64,000 bases of DNA from Squalus acanthias. Taxonomy: Eukaryota. The notes under the pieces were generated by a model. The model ran no database searches. It worked only from the letters and a program-made list of their open reading frames with translations, and was not told the origin of the DNA. Below, piece by piece: positions 62,495 through 64,000 of the stretch. The stretch's first letter is position 1; every line of letters starts with the position of its first letter. The stretch is from NCBI GenBank assembly GCA_030390025.1, contig CM059432.1:111416001-111480000 (forward strand), given 5' to 3'. A program made the translations under genes and the position numbers.

Positions 62495-62598
62495 CAATGG
62501 CAAAATACTGTGGTTGCTGGAAATCTGAAATATAAACAGAGAATGCTGGAAATATTCAGCAGGTCAGGCACCATCAGTGAAGAGAGAAACAGAGTTTA
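62495..62598 (-). mobile_element. Penelope pLTR end fragment (second family), cut by the adjacent Harbinger
   Basis: AACAGAGAATGCTGGAAATATTCAGCAGGTCAGGCA..GAGAGAAACAGAGT matches 23158-23218. Confidence 0.7.
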
Positions 62599-62599
62599 C

Positions 62600-64000
62600 A
62601 GGGGCTCTCTGATAGTCCCTGAAAATGGGCATGGGGATCGCGATGCACAATTACCCCACGCCCGTTCAATGTAATGCAGGCAACATGCCAACTTCATGCT
62701 TCCTGATCATTTACATGATTTCTGTGAGGCTAGCAACAGTTAAAGCTAGCCTGCACTATTAAAATCAGCCTGCACCTCTTAAAGGGGAGGTGCGTTGTGG
62801 CTGGAGCAGGTGGTAGAAGTCGTTCTACAACTGATTCTGACCTGGGAAACACTCAATAATGGCAAAACATGGGAGAGAGCGGGCTCCAAGGTTTTCCAAC
62901 GCTATACTGGAGGCCTAGGTGGAAGTGGAGCGGAGGCGAGATGTGCTGTATCCACAGGGGGACAGGAGACCATCCAGGCACACGCTCAGAAGGCAGTTGG
63001 AGCAGATAACCGTGGCAGTCAATGCCAGGAGTCAAACCCCGAGGAGTTGGATATAGTGCCGCAAGAATTTCAATGACCTCACATGAGTGGTCATGGTCAG
63101 TGAATGCATCCTCAAATGCCATATCCCACCAACAGCATCACTAGCCTCACACACTGCTCAATTCACCACACCCCATCACTCACCTACCAACAATCTCTTA
63201 TCAATCAGGACTCATACCCAGCATGGTTTCACCTCGCCCTCACACACTTAGCACTGCTACAAGCCTCACACCCACATCTCACACCTTGCACACACTGCCA
63301 GCTATTCAGATGGTGCAGTCCGCAGCCGAGACTTCCAGGCCCAGAACTGCTCAAGGTCATCCTCCAAGACCATCTGCAGTCTCCTCCACTGAAGGTCAAC
63401 AGCCTTCCACCAGCCATGCTGCAGCCAGTGGAGTAGAACAGCGAAGGAGCAATAGGATAGGAAAAGGCACATGGAAGACAGGCACTAGGGGAATGCACAG
63501 GGGTGATTAGTTTAAGTTTGTTTGCAATATGGCATGATTTGATTGATAAATTTGGTTTGGAATGTTTATTTTGTGTTGGCTTTTATTTTTGCATTGTGGC
63601 CAAGCGGACGTTGTGATGGTCAGTGACAGAGGTGTGGGACTGTTAGTGAATGGGGAATTGGGGTTTCGGTTACCGGTATCGCACTCGGATGAGTTCTTCA
63701 CGGACAGCCCGGGAGAAAGGGGTTGTCTAGGTTGCCTTCTCTCTTCCTCATCCTGCTCCTTTGCTGTTTGCCGTACAGCTGGTGGCAAGGGCTGTGCCCT
63801 CATTATGGCGAGGTTGTGCAGCATGCAGCAGTCCACCACGAATCTTGACATCCGTTCTGCCGAATACTGCAGGGATCCCCCAGAGCAGTCCAGGCAGCAG
63901 AACCATTGTTTCAGCAGGTCAGTGGCCTGCTCCATCACATTTCATGTGGCAGCATGGCTCTTATTGTATGCATGCTGCGTACGTGTGTGGGGTTGCGCAC
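62600..64000. mobile_element. Harbinger element of the 16201-19449 family, internally deleted, running off the window
   Basis: The left end GGGGCT..GATAGTCCCTGAAAATGGGCA resembles 16201-16235. Decayed Myb ORF from 62859(+) MAKHGRERAPRFSNAILEA. Transposase C-terminus at 63507..63938(-). Confidence 0.88.

Overview
This is a repeat-dominated vertebrate window, most likely intronic or intergenic DNA of a cartilaginous fish (shark): it carries an HE1-type V-SINE, SacSINE1-like DeuSINEs and abundant CR1/HER1 LINEs. Most of the 64 kb is nested transposable elements. These include many CR1 LINEs (two near full length with an esterase ORF1), L2 LINEs, a second CR1-group LINE, one RTE LINE, four Penelope-like retroelements (RT plus GIY-YIG) carrying minimal hammerhead ribozymes, and about six PIF/Harbinger DNA transposons (DDE transposase plus convergent Myb/SANT-like gene). 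I recognise no host gene. The most notable observations are: (1) two Penelope insertions and one Harbinger insertion hit the same ~18-bp site in independent CR1 copies; (2) three Harbingers share an orientation-specific ATAGA(G/T)T flank; (3) hammerhead ribozymes show a compensatory base-pair change; (4) a 2.5-kb CR1-tailed insert of non-TE, decayed protein-like sequence splits an L2; (5) a phase-compatible two-exon unknown ORF on the minus strand lies downstream of a CpG-rich palindromic element. Family names are from recognition of motifs, not database searches, and element boundaries are approximate unless a TSD or TIR is quoted.
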